Assembly: GCA_002104945.1 (NCBI GenBank)
Contig: MCFH01000013.1
Span: forward strand, 372,001-436,000
DNA: 64,000 bases
Direction of reading: 5' to 3'
Origin: Piromyces finnis finn
Taxonomy: Eukaryota; Fungi; Neocallimastigomycota
The notes under the pieces: model-generated
The model's input: only the letters and a program-made list of their open reading frames with translations
What the model was told of the DNA's origin: nothing
Database searches by the model: none
Shown here: one piece after another, positions 45,558 through 61,620 of the stretch
Layout: every line of letters starts with the position of its first letter
Numbering within the stretch: position 1 is the stretch's first letter
Made by a program: the position numbers and the translations under genes

Positions 45558-47572
45558 TTATGGGTCGATAAAGGTCCAGCGAGATTCTATGTTAATATAA
45601 TTATTAATTTTATATAAATATTATTTATTTTAATTAATTATGCATGAAACTTTAATACTATTTAAAATTTTAAATTCTAAGTTTTCTTACCTTTTAAACC
45701 TTCAGCGGTATCTTCTAACAAGATTTCTCTTCTATGTTTAACATAAATACTTTTATCTACTACTTTTTGTTTTAATTCGGCTATTTTATTTGGTTTAATT
45801 TCTTCTTCTAATAATTCAGATAATTGTTCAACAGCCATTTCAAGATCACGTTGATTGTCTTCAAATAAAGTGGTTTGATTATCTTTTTGGAGGTAGAAAG
45901 CAAAACTGTAAGCTATAGAAATAATATTATCAAAAATTAATACGGAATTCATTCGAAAATTATTCTTCTTTTATAAATTATAATAATATTATATCTTTTA
46001 AACTTTAAGAGTTTAAATGAATATAACAATGATTCTTACTCCATTTTAATGTATTACGACATTGTACAACGGTTTCAACAGCTTCTTTTAAGAATTGAAC
46101 TTCAATCCATGATAATTCTGATGATTTTTGCATTTTTTCCATTTTTCTTTCAGTTTTTTCAAATAACTCTGTATCTAATTTAGCACTTTGTTCATGGTTT
46201 GCATATCTATTATAGTAATGAAGATATCTATTATATATATTTAAATAAAAAAATTTCAATTAACTTTCAATTTTCCAATAAATAATAATGATAAATTAAG
46301 AATATAAACATTTTTTTTTTTTACCTTTCTAATTTAGCTCTTGATTTTGATTGAGAATCACGAGCATCAACAGACGTTTTTTCTTCAAATCTATTACAAG
46401 TATACCATTGATTACCATGTTCTGACCATGGACCCATACAAACCCAACAAAATTCATTTTTACACTTTTTACATGTCATATGATTACAACCACCATTCTT
46501 TTCAATTGAAGCTTTACATTTTGGACATTCTTTAGTATTTACAGAAATCCAGTTAGCAGTTTCAGAATCATCTCTACATTTATTTAACCATTTGGTAACC
46601 AAACTACAGATACATGGTTGATGATCTGGTAATCCACAACCAAAACAAAAAGTGTGACTACATTTACATTTAACAGTTGGAACCATTCTATTTAAATCAG
46701 AATCATGAATTCTACATTCGACTGCATATTCACAATTTGGAGCTGGACACCAATGAAGGAAAATATTATCATCAACATAAGTTCTAATTAATAAAGAGGT
46801 ATATCTAATAATTTTAAATATAAATTTATTTATAAAAATAATAGCAACAAAATTATATAATGTTAGTTTTTTATAATAAATATTAATGAATCATCGTTAT
46901 TTTTTTTTTTTTTAAAAAAAAAAAAAAAACTGCTATAATATTCATTCTTATAAATTAATAAATTAATATCATTTTTACTATTATTTACCTATTATAAGTA
47001 TCCTCTGGAACTAATAATTTTATGGTATTTTCGTCAACAATAATATTACAGCAATCACTTGGACATTGAATATTTCTACATTCACCTTCAATCTTAATTT
47101 TTTGAGTAAGGTATTGAGTATAACAATCTTTACAAAAGCGGTGATTACATGAAAGAGCTATTGATTCAACATCTTCACCTGAGTCACAACAAATATCACA
47201 ACAAAAATCATGCAATTTAATTAATTTTGGTAATTTTTGAGCGTCAACAATAACTCCAGCTTCTTTTGTTACTTCTTCTGTTTTATCCATATATAATTCA
47301 ATTAAACGTTCTTTATTCCATTTGAAATGACGTAAAAGAGTAGCGGCATGCTCTTTAAGACATCCAATGATGTTTGCTACATGTTCAATTTCTTTATTTT
47401 GGAAATCTTCAATTTCTTGTATGGAATAAACTTTATATTCAACTTCATATTTTTTCTTTTCTTGTTTTTCTTGGATAATTTCAGTGAAATCAAGTTCATC
47501 ATCATCTATGAAATCATCTTCATCATCATATAAGAAATCATCATCATCATCATCAAAATCTATATCAGACAT
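45558..47572 (-). CDS. ARI1: Ariadne-type RBR E3 ubiquitin ligase (multi-exon)
   Basis: Acidic N-terminus, LLRHFKWNKERLIE, RING1 CDICC..CNHRFCKDC, IBR WCPAPNC..CKCSHTFCFGC, RING2 CPKC..IEKNGGCNHMTC..C..EFCWVCMG, Ariadne domain NQRDLEMAVEQLS. Confidence 0.95.
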
Positions 47573-49003
47573 TTTTTATTAATTTTTTGTTTATTATTTT
47601 TTTAATAATAGCGAAGAAAAATGCTAAATAATATTATTTAAAAAAATAATAATAAAAGAAATAAATATTGTTAATTATGTAGAATTCTTAAAGATTTATT
47701 AAATTAGTTTAATATACTATCAAAATATTTGAAAAGCTTAAATATAATATATTTTATAATTGTTGTTGTTGCTATTATTTTGCCATTCTTTTATTATTAA
47801 ATATATATATATATTGTTTATAAATTTATTTTGATATATAAATATTTAATATTTATTCTATTTTCTTATATACAATAATAACTAGTATAAAAGGCATTGT
47901 CATTTTATTCTTCAACAATAATTTCTGATTTTCTTCTATTCATTTTAATATTTTTTTATTACTTATTCCTTATTTCAAACTTGAAATACATAACAAAATA
48001 TTTAATATTTTTTTTTCCCATAAACCACTTTCTCTTCATCTCAATAGAAATCACTTTGTATATTTTTGATTCCATATATACATAAATACATATAAATATA
48101 TAACAATTGTTTTATATATTTTGTATTTTTATATATAAAAACTACTAGTATTAATAATTATTATTACCTTTAAAAATTTAATTTTTTTTTTTTTTTTTTT
48201 TTAATTATAAATTATTATAAAATATGAATATATAAAATGTTGAATGTATTTTATTATGTTATTGGTATTATTTTTCTTATTTTATTAATTAGGATATAAA
48301 TATTTAAAAAAAGAACTTTAAAGTTTTATATCAAATAGTTTGATAATACTTTTATTTTTTTTTTAAATAAAAAGTTTTAATAAAAAAGAAAAGTTGATAA
48401 GGAAAAAAAAAAAAAAAAAAAAAAATTTAAAAATAAATAAATAATTTATAATTTATTATTTAATTTAATAATTAATATTTTTTTTATTTAATAAAATAAA
48501 ATAAATTGGATATTCAATAAATTTATATATAAAAATTTATTAATGTAAAAAAAAAAAAAAAAAAAAGGCCATGCTATCATCGATATAATAATTATAAGTC
48601 TTTATATAATTTGTTTAATTATCAAATTGTAGATGATTATAAAAAAACCATTTATTAACTATAAAAATATAATGGTTTTTACTACTAATGATTAATTAAT
48701 AATTTAAAAAAAAAATATTTAAATATTTAGACTTAAATGTTTTGTCCAGTTTTGAATTAATTAATTTCTTATTCACAGTAAGGATTATTGTTTCAAAACT
48801 ATAATATAATTATTATTAAAAAAGAGGTATTTTACTTTTACAAGTTTGAATAGAAAAAAATATTATTTATTAATCTTTATTTGTGATTTAATTATTTAAT
48901 AAAAAAAAATTATTGTTTTACTATAATTGAGATTTATGGCCAAGTAGAAAAAAATTTTTTTTGTTGCTGTCCATTTCTGTTAAAATAAAATTCTAAATTA
49001 AAG

Positions 49004-49034
<31 letters not shown>

Positions 49035-49368
49035 GAAAAAGTACCAGTATTACTGTAAAAAAAAAAAAAAAAAAAAAGCCAAAAATTAAAAGCATATTTA
49101 AATTATTTGGTTTAATTTATTTATATTTTAGGGCTTTAAATTATATCTACATTTAAACTTTAAATGATACAATTAAATCTTTAAATATTAATAAAGGTAT
49201 GAATATAAGAAATAATTTTAAAATATTTTACTAAATTGATATATATAGATAATTAATTTTAAAACACAAACAAACAAAAATAAAAAAAAAAAAAGATTAA
49301 ATTAAATAAATATCACTACATTTTTTTATATTTTTAAATTTATGTATATATAATAAATATGAAATTCA

Positions 49369-49401
<33 letters not shown>

Positions 49402-49421
49402 GAAAATTTGTAGTAAAATGT

Positions 49422-52400
49422 CTAAGAACTCTTTTTGTTATTAAAGTATTGATCAGGATGAATTAATGCACCTAATGCCATTTTCTGTTCTTTTGAGAGA
49501 TAAGTAATACCAACCTATTAAAAAAAAACGAATAATTAATTAATGAATTAATTAACAATAATAATAATAAGGGTTTATCTGATGATTGAAAATAATAAAT
49601 CTTTAAATTTTTGAATTTATATATATATACCTCAAAACTGGCATTCATCCATCCGAAACCTTCTCTTGAAAGACATTTAAAATCTACACCTACATTACCA
49701 TATTCAACCTTACATTTATGGTCCAAAGATACAACATTAAACTTTTCCGGTACAACACCATTATAATGAACAAAACTATTTAATATTACATATAACCAAC
49801 GATAAGCTAATCTTCCAGAATCAACTGAATGGCCATAATTCTTTAAAGCTTGCCATGTCATTATTTGATGTGGAGCCCATCCGTATGGATAATCCCACTG
49901 TCTATTTGGACGAAGTAAACTTGTTGGACCACGACTTTCTTCAGTACAACCTACAATACCACCAGAAACTTCAAATAGTTTTAATGAGGTTTTAATTAAT
50001 TCTTCAGCTTGATTTGATGAAGGTTGTATAAGTTCCTTAACTTCTGAAGTGAATTTTTTTTCAACATATTCAGGGAATTTGAATACACCACTACCTTCTG
50101 CACAACCACACCAAAGTGGCCACATTGAAGTTGGTGAATCGTATTCGTTTTGACTTTGTTGATTCCAATCCCAATCGTAAAATGTTTTCTTTTCATCATT
50201 CCAGCAGTATTTATTCATTGCATTTTTACGTAATCTAGCTAAGTAATAAAAGAGATCAGATTTTAAACTAACAAAGAAATATTTTGTTTCATCCTTTGGA
50301 ATGAAAAATTCAGAACCTATAGATACTGAGTTGGTTTGATTTTTTAATGTTTCCTTAAATTGATTGTAGTTCTTTATGTATATTTCATTATCATTTTGAT
50401 TATCTGTGTTTCTTGTAGCGATAATTCCTCTTGACCAATTAGAATTCCATTTACTGTTATTTCCTATCATGTGGGTATAACCAACTTTATTTATATATGA
50501 TTTCCATTCTTTATAATTTTCAAGATATTCATCATTATCACCTTTCTTAACCTGAACGATAATCCTTTTTAATTATATTTAAATATATAAATAATTTTAA
50601 TTATATATTTCAATTAAATTATATAGTATAGTTTATTCATAATTTTTTTTAACAGAATTCTACTAATCAATATAAAATTTTAAAATAAAAAATTTGACTT
50701 ACTCATCATCACAGAATTTATGAACATACTCAGCAATATCTACTTCATACTTAAATATTAAACTATTTAAGTCAACACAAGCTAAATGAGCACATTTCTT
50801 TTCTAAACGATATGTAGTATCATGTCCACTTTCTCTTACAGCACGATCATGAACAAAATATTCATCAACTACAGGATCTTTAATTTCTTCATTCATATAA
50901 GCTTCTTTAAAAGTTTTCCAATCCATATTATATTTTTTACCAAATTTAGTTAAAATGGCAGCAAAGTGTTCTGCTTCTGTTTCTGGAGGAACACCAAAAC
51001 CTTCTGTATGATAACAGGATAAACCTGATTGACGTTCAATTCTTGGATCATTTAACCATACACTTAATAATTCTTTTATGGCAGCTGTAAAGGAAACATA
51101 TTGCCATTGTGCTAATGATTCTTTAGTTAATGTTTTAGGGCATGTTTTTAAATATCCAGATTTTATTGAGGAACTACTGCTCTTCTTTTGATTTGGAACA
51201 ATTGATTTAACAGTATTTTTTTTATTTAATTTTGGTAATAAACCATTATAATAGATTTTATTAATCATATCAGTTAAAAATGGTGGTTGAGAACGAGTCA
51301 AATAATAACTACGATTAGCATTTAAAATTTTTCCATAATGTTCAATTTGATAGACAAAATTATCAACCATTGATTTACCAAGTAATGGACGTTCATCAAC
51401 TAAAAGACCCAATGTTTCAAAATAGGAATCCCATCCATACATTTCATTAAATCTACCGCCTGGAACGACAAAAGGAACACCACGAAGAATAGTTTTTGAT
51501 GACTTTTTATTATCAGAATCTTCTTCTATTTTATCTTCTTCTCTCAAGGCTAAAGCTAAAATTCCAGGATAATTATCAATTGACTTTACATATTGCTGAG
51601 TAATTTTTTCTGGTAAACGAATAACTTCTAATTTTAATTCTTTACGGCGTTTTGCAATATCATTATAGTAATTTAATGCTCTTGTATCATCATATGGAAC
51701 ATAAATACGATTACTGTGATCAGCGTCTTTATTCTTTGAATCACATAAAATAAGTTCCAAACCTACCATAAAATAAAATATATATACACAGTTTATGAAT
51801 TAATTAACTTATTTATTTAAATATATAATAATAAATATCATTTTTACCTTGTTCATCAATACGACGAGTTAAAGCATCCCAAAAGTGATATTTAATAACA
51901 CGATTGAGACGATTTATTGGTTGTTCATTTAATCTATTTTCATCAAGAACAATATAATCTCTACCATAACTTTTTGCTAGTGCAAGCTCTTGAAGAAGGT
52001 TAGATAAAGCATATGTTCCACGAATATCTTTCTTACGATAACTATAATATATAATAAAAGATATTATTAGTATAAATAAAACTATATTATCAGTTGTGTA
52101 TCATTGATAATTATATCTTATCTTCACAATAATAAATTACCCATCAGAATTTAAAGTTCCTAAATTAAATGTTTTTGGACCTTTATCATCAATTGTAATT
52201 TGAAAATCGCCATTGGTATCTTCTTGTTCTAAAATTTTAGCTTTGATAACAAATTGTATAAATTATTTTATTAAATTAATATATTTTCAACTAAACCAAT
52301 AATAATACGATTATTACTTATTTATTTCATTTTATTATCTTAGTTTAATTATTTAAAAAGGAGGATTTTATATACTCACATTGAGTTTCATCGACATCAA

Positions 52401-53216
52401 TAATAAATTGCTCCGCTTTTATGGTACTATCTATAAATATTATTTTTTAAAAAAAAAATTAATATGAATTGCATAAACTTTATTTTTTGTGATACAATAC
52501 TAATTATTATTATTAATTATAATTTTAATGATTTTTTTTAAAATTATAATTAATATTAAAAAACAAATAAATATTTATTATTAATATGCTATCAATATTT
52601 CTCCCATAATTCATTGTTAATATTTATATATTTATATTTTAAAATTATATTTTGATAGTTTTATATTTGAAATATATAATATCCATAATATACAATATAT
52701 ATATATATAAATAATTCACGATTATGTAATTATATGATATTTATTTTTATATATTTTACCTAATGATCCTCTTCTACGATGATTTGGTTTAAATTTTTTT
52801 TTGCTTTGACTTTCCCCTACTTGAACTGACATTTTTCTTTTACGTTGAAATATATGACTTTCTCCATGAGCAAATCGATGGTCTTTGTCAGTATTTACTA
52901 AATCATCTACCTCATGAATAGCATTTTGTTGATCAATTAACGCTAATGCTCTGGTTTTATGTAATCCATGTACAATATCATTTACTTCTGGAAGTATTTT
53001 ATTCTTTTTTATTGTTTTTTCATTTGGAATAATACCAGAAAGGAATGATTTTATACTTTCACGATTTATTTCCTTTTCTTCCCCAAAATTTGATGAAATA
53101 TTTACTTCTTTATTATTATTAGTATTTATTTTTTCCTTTTTACTTTGTGCATAATTGTTTAATTTATTGTTCTTTGATAAATTCATTACTTGATTTGAAC
53201 TAACTTGGTCTATCAT
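49422..53216 (-). CDS. NTH1: Neutral trehalase (GH37, Nth1 type), multi-exon
   Basis: N-terminal RRRGS (PKA-type site), Ca-binding-like [78 protein letters not shown]. Confidence 0.95.
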
Positions 53217-55316
53217 TTTGTTTATTCAATAATTATACAATATATACTTTATTTTAATTTAAAATTAAAAAAAAAATATATATATATATTAAATAGATTT
53301 ATTAGTATTACTAAGTATTATTAATATTGTAATATATATATTCATTATTTATATCTCCATTCAATTAATTTATTTTATTAAAAATATGAAATATATCAAA
53401 AATGGTTGTTGTTGTCGTTGTTATTGTTTTTAAAATCCAATTTTTTTTTTATTATTTAGTAGTTACAGCAATTATATTTATTTCTTATTTAGTAAACTAT
53501 TCCATAAATAAAAGACTGCATATAAAAATATGCATCATCAAAAATTAATATAACTTTATATATAAAATTTAATATATATATATGAAAAGATATGAAAAAC
53601 TTTTTTTTTAAAAAAAAAAAAAAAAAGAAATATAATTATAAAATAAATAAATTACTTATAAACTTTTATGAGTAGTATATTTATTATAACATTGCATTAT
53701 TATATAAATCACAATAATACAGTAACAACCAATGTTATTTAAATTTATTATTTTATTGACTCAATTGATTTTTAACATTTTAGATTAATAGATTATTTTT
53801 TTATATAAATCCTATTTGTTCGTTTCATTTCTCGGTATTAATTCAATAATTTTTTATATGGCAAAACACTTGTAAAATAAAATATATTATTTACCTTCTA
53901 ATATTAATTCTTTATGAAATAATGTTTTAATTTTGTGTTGGTAATCACTCAAAATTTACAAAAATGAATTTAATAAAAATTTAAATTTAAAATTTAATTA
54001 CAAAAAGTATTATAGTTTTACTACAGATATTTTATGTATTAGTGTTTTCTTCTTGTATGAGAAATATTCAAAGTGTTTATTTTAATTACTCTTTTTACAC
54101 ATTCAGCTAATATATAAAAAGAATATATAGTCGAAAAAAATAAAATGAAAAAAAAAAAAAAATAAAATAAATAGTATTTATATATATTAATTAATGTTTT
54201 TATTTATTATTATTATTAATATTATACATTTTTTAAAATTATTTATAATTATGATAATAAAATAATTTCAATTATGATATATTATTTAATTAAATATTTT
54301 TATTTTTATATTTAAATGATTAAAAAATATAATTAATAAAATTTAAGATTATCTTTAATTATTAAGAATATTTATTATCTAACATACCAAGTAATAATAT
54401 TATTATTATAAAAATAAATGTATTATCACTTTTAGTACAGAAATTAAAATGTGTCTTACTAATATTATAGTAATAATAATACTAATTATAAAATTATTTA
54501 TAATTAAAACAATTCCTATTTAATAAAAAAAATAATAAAAAGGATACAATTAACAAAGCCTAAAAAAAAAAAAAAAAAAAAAAAAAACATCCTTAGAAAT
54601 ACAACTACATTATTGTATTTTGTATTTTAATAAATGTACACAATTGATGTGGATTAATTTATTGTATCAAAGTTTTTTTTTTATTATTTCAATATATTTT
54701 ATTAAATTGTAATATAATTATTTTAAATTAAATTTCATTTAAATATTAAATAAAAACTTTAATTAATATAATCTATTTTTTACAGAAAAGTTTAAATTGA
54801 GATTATCATTTTATATTATTAATTTAAATTCATAATTAAAATGAAATTATTTAAACAGAAAATTTATAGCCAAAAATTTAATTTACAATTTCTGTATAAA
54901 ATAACTTATTTATTTAAAAAAAGTGTTTTTCTATTTATATTCTTTAAATTCTTTTATAAATAAACAAACTTTTCAACTTTCATCACTTAATAATAGTATT
55001 TATTATATTCAATATGATTTTGTTTTATGGAAATTCTTTTCCAAGATAAATAATTATATATTTTTAATTTCAATTTGACATTCATATTAAAATTAATGTT
55101 TAGGACGAAATTATACTATGTTTAAAAAAGCAAATTAAAAATACATTTTTTAAATATAGGTAATAAAAAATAGATAAATAAATAATAATAAAGAATAATA
55201 ATATATATTGAAGATGAATTTTTCAATATTATTCTTTCATTACAAAATAACTTACGTCAGAATTTAAATTATTGCTATTTCCATTATACCCTGATTTTCG
55301 ATTTTTAAAAAAATTC

Positions 55317-55341
55317 TATTATTCTCAGTATTATTATTCTC

Positions 55342-55440
<99 letters not shown>

Positions 55441-55460
55441 TATTATTATTATTATTATTA

Positions 55461-55511
<51 letters not shown>
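55317..55511. repeat. Long compound (TTA)n microsatellite preceded by two TATTATTCTCAG units
   Basis: About 190 bp of near-pure TTA, seen directly. It produces the spurious poly-N and poly-Y ORFs in the track. Confidence 0.95.
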
Positions 55512-57312
55512 AAATTGGCAAAATAAAGTTTAGCCAAGCATGAAAAAAAGGTTTATATTTGTAATAATGAAAAAATAATTTTTAATATTAACATAAAATC
55601 TAGATTTTTATAATTATTTTACTTTATTAATTATATAAATTGCATAACATAAATATAAACGTAATATAATTAATCAAGAATGAAAATAAATTAAAAACTA
55701 ATTTAATATTTTAGTAATAGCAGCAAGTATAGAAATAAAAATAGAATGCAGAAAAAAAGTGAATATAAAATAATAATATATATAATGAAATTACTATATA
55801 ATAACTACAATAATAACTGTATTTTATATAATTAGTAAAAAGTAAGAAAATATTTAATAGTAATTAAATATATGAAAAGAAATCTCTTTAACTCCTTTTA
55901 TTTAAAATTTAAAGCATATTTGAATAATTATTATAAATAACTTTAGATAATTTTTAAAGAAGAAAAAAAAAAAAAAAGAAAAAAATGCTGTAACTTTTGA
56001 CTTTATTTTTATGTTCTATATAGAGTTAAAATAAAAAAAGTAAGAAAAAATTTTAAATGAAGGATTTTGTATCATAAAATGGATTCTAAGTGTTGAGTTG
56101 AAAGCATTAAAGATATATTATTGTCATGATATGGAATTGAAAATTGAATATTAGAAGATGGTATTTATAATAAGTGATATATGTTATAAAATGTTATAAA
56201 GTATAAAAGATCCAAATAAGATGATATGAGAATATATTTTTAATTACAATTGAAAATACTAATGAAATATATTGTTCAATTATCCGTAGAAGTTATTGAG
56301 GTTTGAGTTTGGCAAATAAAACATTTTATGTTAATATTAAAAATACATTGGTTAATTAATTTTAATAATTAATGGTAAATTTAAAAAAAAAAAATAATAG
56401 GGAAGGGTAATAATTGATAAATTATTAGGATTTTTAAGAAAAGTAAAGTAAAAGAATTTTTATTTTTTTTTACTTAAATTAATTGCTATATCTAAGAAAA
56501 GGATCGTGAGAAAATAGTAAATGCTTTACGTAATTGTAGTTATTAATAAAATGAGTAAAATGAAATTGAAAGAGTTTAATGTTTGAAGGGTAATATTATA
56601 TAAAAAATAGACAAAATATAATATATTGTATATTATTTATTTATAAAACTAATAAATAAAAAAAATATTAAAAAACAAAACAATTATTAATAAAATAATA
56701 TAGTTTTGAAAATAAATATATTTACGCATTATATCTGACAGAAGGTCACTATTAAATAAATCGAAATAGATAATAATGATAATTAAAATAATTAATTTGT
56801 AATTATAAATAAAGTCATATTTATTTAATCGTTTAAAAGTTATTCATATTATTGAAATATAAAATAAACACCTAAAATAGGATATTAAAGTTTATAAAAT
56901 ACTTATTTATATTCCAAAACTTATTAATATGACTATAAAATAATACATTTAATGAAACCTACATAGTGTAAAAATATAATAATTTATTTTTTATTTTTTT
57001 GTTTAAATAAGTTATTTATTTAAAATGATTCATTTGTAAAAATTGTTGTAATAATTAATACATTATAAATTATTTTAATTTCTATAAAAGTTCTAAGTAT
57101 ATAATGACAATATTATTTAATATAGTTCATTAAAAAAAAAAAAAAAAAAAAAAAGATGTTACTTTAAAATTCTTGAAAAAAGAAAATTTGACATTGGATT
57201 GTTCTTATTTTTTAAATTTATATATAATTATATAATAAAAATATATTACATTATATATATCAAATAGATAATGTAAATTTTGTGATGATGATAAAATTTC
57301 TAGAAAATGACC

Positions 57313-58606
57313 TTAAGCTGGTGGGGAAACATCACGTTGAATTAAAAGTTTTGAGTCATAACCAAATTTTTCTAAATCACAACGAGTTTCGGATGGATCT
57401 TCCAAAGTTTGCTTGAGGTAAAAAGCCAAAAAGGCTTCAAGAGTAAGTTTATCAGCATCACCATTACCATCAGCACCGGTTATTGAATTAGCTACCATAC
57501 TATTAAACATACCAATCATTTGTTGAATAAATGAACGATCTGGATATTGTCCATTTGTAGCATTAATAAGTTCAGCAACTTCATCGAAATTTAAAAGGCC
57601 GTCTTGATCTTTATCAAATTTATTAAATATTTGGCATAATACATTACGTAATCCATCTGAAAGATTATTGTTTTCAATTAATGGCTCTTGGTCTATATAT
57701 ATTATATAATCATTATTTAATATTTAATTTTTCTTTTATTTTTTTTAAAAAATATATTTTCTTTTATTAAACATTATTTCATTATTTATAATTTATGTAT
57801 TTACCTTCAGTTCCCTCCAATTGAGTCAAAATCATGTTTATTTCTTCAATTAATTCGTTCAATGGTTCATAGGATTCATCGATGCATTGACCCATTTCAG
57901 CAATTTCTAATGCTATTAATTTAAAAAATATTTTATAAGTACATTTATTAATATCATAATAGCTCACTATTCAATTTTAGCAATTACCAGTATTAAATTG
58001 ATTCATAATTAAACTTATAAAGGCTAAAAGATGATATACTGCAACATTATCTGGATAAACATCTATAATAATAATATAAAATTAATACAAAATTTCTTTT
58101 ACTAATATTCAAAAAAATTATTTAATTAAAATGATGAAAAATACTAACATAAAGCTTTAAATAATAAAGATGAAGCTCTTGAAAGTGTACTTATAGAAGG
58201 TTCAGTTTGAACACTAAATAATAATATTTAGAAAAGCATAAATATTTATTATAATATTATTATCATTATTATTATTTTTTTAATCAAAGTTATTATAATA
58301 AATTTAAATATTTATTTTTTGAATAAAATAATAAAATTATAAATACCCATTAATTAAATTTCTAGCATCTTCAACATAACTTAAAGTAACTTTTTCAAAA
58401 TCAACATCATCTAAAGTTTTGAAAAGAGATTCATCATCTAATACTTTAACCATCATTCCAACAAGTTCTGAAATATGAATTCTTGAAGCTAATTTTTGGT
58501 CAGTTTCACAAATAGCTTGAATTTCATTTTGAGTAATTTCTTTTTGTTTTTCATATAAATCTTTTAAAGATAACTTTTCTAATTGTTCAACAGTATGTAT
58601 TTGCAT
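57313..58606 (-). CDS. Uncharacterised protein with a TPR-like repeat and an EF-hand (5 exons)
   Basis: Phase-consistent exons. PDNVAVYHLLAFISLIMNQFNTALEIAEMGQCIDESY is TPR-like. IFNKFDKDQDGLLNFDE is a canonical EF-hand loop. C-terminal FLAFYLKQTLEDPSETRCDLEKFGYD. Confidence 0.75.
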
Positions 58607-61600
58607 TTTAAATGGTTTTATATGCTTTTTGAAAATTGATAATTAATATTATTAAAATTTATTATTGAGATTAAGTTTCAAAAATTAATTAGCGATAGTA
58701 AAAAAAAAAAAAAAAACTGATTAATTTGTTAAAAATAAAATATTGAATCTTGTTTTAAATATTATTATATCTCTCATTCATATATATATATATATTTATA
58801 TATAATTTTATTCTATTTTATTTTTTTTAATTGTAGATAATAAAAAAAAAAAAAAAAGTATGTATATTGGAGAAATAACTTCCTTATATAATAAATTTAA
58901 ATTCATTTTAATAATAATATTTAAATTTGATGATTCCTATTATTCTCTAATAAATTAATAATTTAATCATTACATATTACTATTTAATATAATAAATTAT
59001 TGATACTAGTTTGAAATAAAAAGGTTATTTTATATAAAAAAATATAAACATATAAATATTTTTTTTTATAATATTATTAATTTATTGTTTATTCCAGAAT
59101 TGTTTTTTTTTTTTTATTAATATTATTAAAATAACCATTTTATTTAAATATATTATTATTTGAAGTTACAATATAATCTTTTTAATAAAATCATTTCTAA
59201 TTATATATCTAAGTTCTATTCAATAATTCTGTAATTGATTTAATAGCCTATATTGCTAATAAATGCTATTTCTTCTAAAAAATTCTATATATGTAGAGAA
59301 GAAAATATTATTCAATATATCTTTTAATCAAAGTCAATAGTTAACTATAATATAATTGAACATATTTTCATATATATTAATAATTGTAATTATGTTAATA
59401 AATACTATTTATATGAAATTCAACTATTTAGCAGATTTTTTTAAATATATAATAATAATAATAATAATAATCATATTTTATTAAAAAGTATAATAAATTA
59501 AATTTTGTTAAATTATTAAATGCCCATTAAAGTTTTGAATCGAATAAAATAGGCATCATTATTAATAAATCATTGTAGCTGTTAATAATAAAATTTAAAG
59601 CTTCATTTTCATTTTTTTTTAAATTATTCTACATATTATTATTATTTATTAGGCATGAGATTATTAAGCATGTTATTAAATTATTAAATAATATTTATCT
59701 ATAATGTTTATACAGTGTATTATATCTTGTTAAATATTTCTATTTGACAAAGGTTAACCAAGCTGTACCATCTAATAAATTTTTATTCTTATTGAAAGAA
59801 ATAGTATAATAAATGATTTATTATTAATATTCATTAATAGCACAACTTTGTAATAATATCTCTATAAAACCTTAATTTATAAATAATACTATTTTGATGA
59901 TTAAAAAAAAAAAAATATATATATATATTTTAAAATCTTATATATTTTTTTTCTCTTATTTTTTAGAAATTAAAGTTTTTATACTTTTTGTATTTCATAA
60001 TATATTAATTTAACATTTTAAACTTTAAATAATATATTAGAATAAAAAATAAAATTTTTAATTTTTAACCAAGGTATACAAAAAAATATATCCACAATTT
60101 CATATAACAAAATAAAGGTAGTACATGTTTTTTAGGCTTTATAAAAACTAAAAAATATACTTTTTTTTTAACATCTAATAGAAAAATAAAGTATAATAAA
60201 TATATATTATGCTTTAAGTATTTAATTATTAATATCAATTATAATAAAATGTTTATATGTTAAAACATTTTTATTCTTTTTTAAAATTAGACAACACTTT
60301 TTTTTCAAATATAAAAAATTGTAAAATATCTTTATAGAATTAGAAAAAACAAAATGTATAAAAGAAGATTTATAATTTATTACTTTATATAACACATTTT
60401 ACTTGAATGCTTTACTATATATATTATAAAAAAAAAAGGCTTTGTAATAAAAATAAAATGTTTTTAATTTAAAATACATATAAAATCATTTAAATATATA
60501 TATATAATGTATTGGATTTTAAATGTAAATTAATTTAATATGATAAATGAATACAAGAAAAAAAAATTGTTAACCCTTTAAAATTTTATTAGACAAAAAT
60601 TAATTATGATTAATTAATAGAAAGTTGAAAGATAAAATAAGAGTTCATTTTATTTAATAATAAATCTAATTATCCATAGAAACATTAAGCAAACAATAAC
60701 AAATTAAATATATATATATATTTATTATAAAGAATATAATATATATGAGTGATAATAAATCTTTTTTTAAAATTTTATTCTTACTAAAAAAATCAAATCA
60801 AATAAAATTAATTTGAAATGTGTAATATTGTATATTGATTATTTATTTATAAAACAGTATATAAAAGAAATTATTTAAAGATTTAAAAAATTAATTACCT
60901 TAATCTTACATACTATCATAAAATGTAAGTTATATTAAAAAAGAAACATACATATATTTTTTTGTATATCTTATTAATTAAATTTTATTCTAATATTTAA
61001 TCAATTTAGCAGAATTTTGAATTTTTATTAGAAATTCAATTTCAATCCCATTTATTCTAATTTACAAATTATATAAAATTTCAGATAAAATATCAATAAT
61101 AGAATTTATAATATTCATAATTCTGTTAATTAAAAAGCAAATTATAATTTAATTAAATATTAAGTTTTTTTATAAAGAAATATTTAAAATTAGGTAAAGT
61201 AATAATATATAATTTTTATGTAATTACTAATGATAATGCTTTTTTTTTTTATATATAAATTTCATTAGTAATTCTTATTTATAAATAAATTGATAAATTT
61301 CATTTATGTTAAAAAATATCATATATTTTATAGATTTTCAAATATTTAATTATAATTGAATAAAAATTCTATAGCACATTTCAAAATTTCTAATTCATCA
61401 ATTATTTTTATTTTTTTCCTTTTTCTTTTTTTTTATGCAATTTGATAATTTGATGTATTCATTTATATAGAAATCAACTATACCAAAATAATTAGATATA
61501 TTAATTTATTAATTAAAATCTTAAAAATATAATTTATTTAAATTCAAAAATCCATTTAAATGCACAGTTTTAAGATATAGAATAAATTATTTTAAAATAA

Positions 61601-61620
61601 TTAATTATTATTTATATAAA

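Noticed and set aside
55264-55521. Poly-Asn and poly-Tyr ORFs
   Set aside because: Translation artefacts of the (TTA)n microsatellite.
56079-56190. Four in-frame TGA codons where Trp would fit, suggesting genetic code 4 (mollicute or organellar insert)
   Set aside because: The same frame soon hits several TAA stops and the stretch is too short to support a recoding claim.
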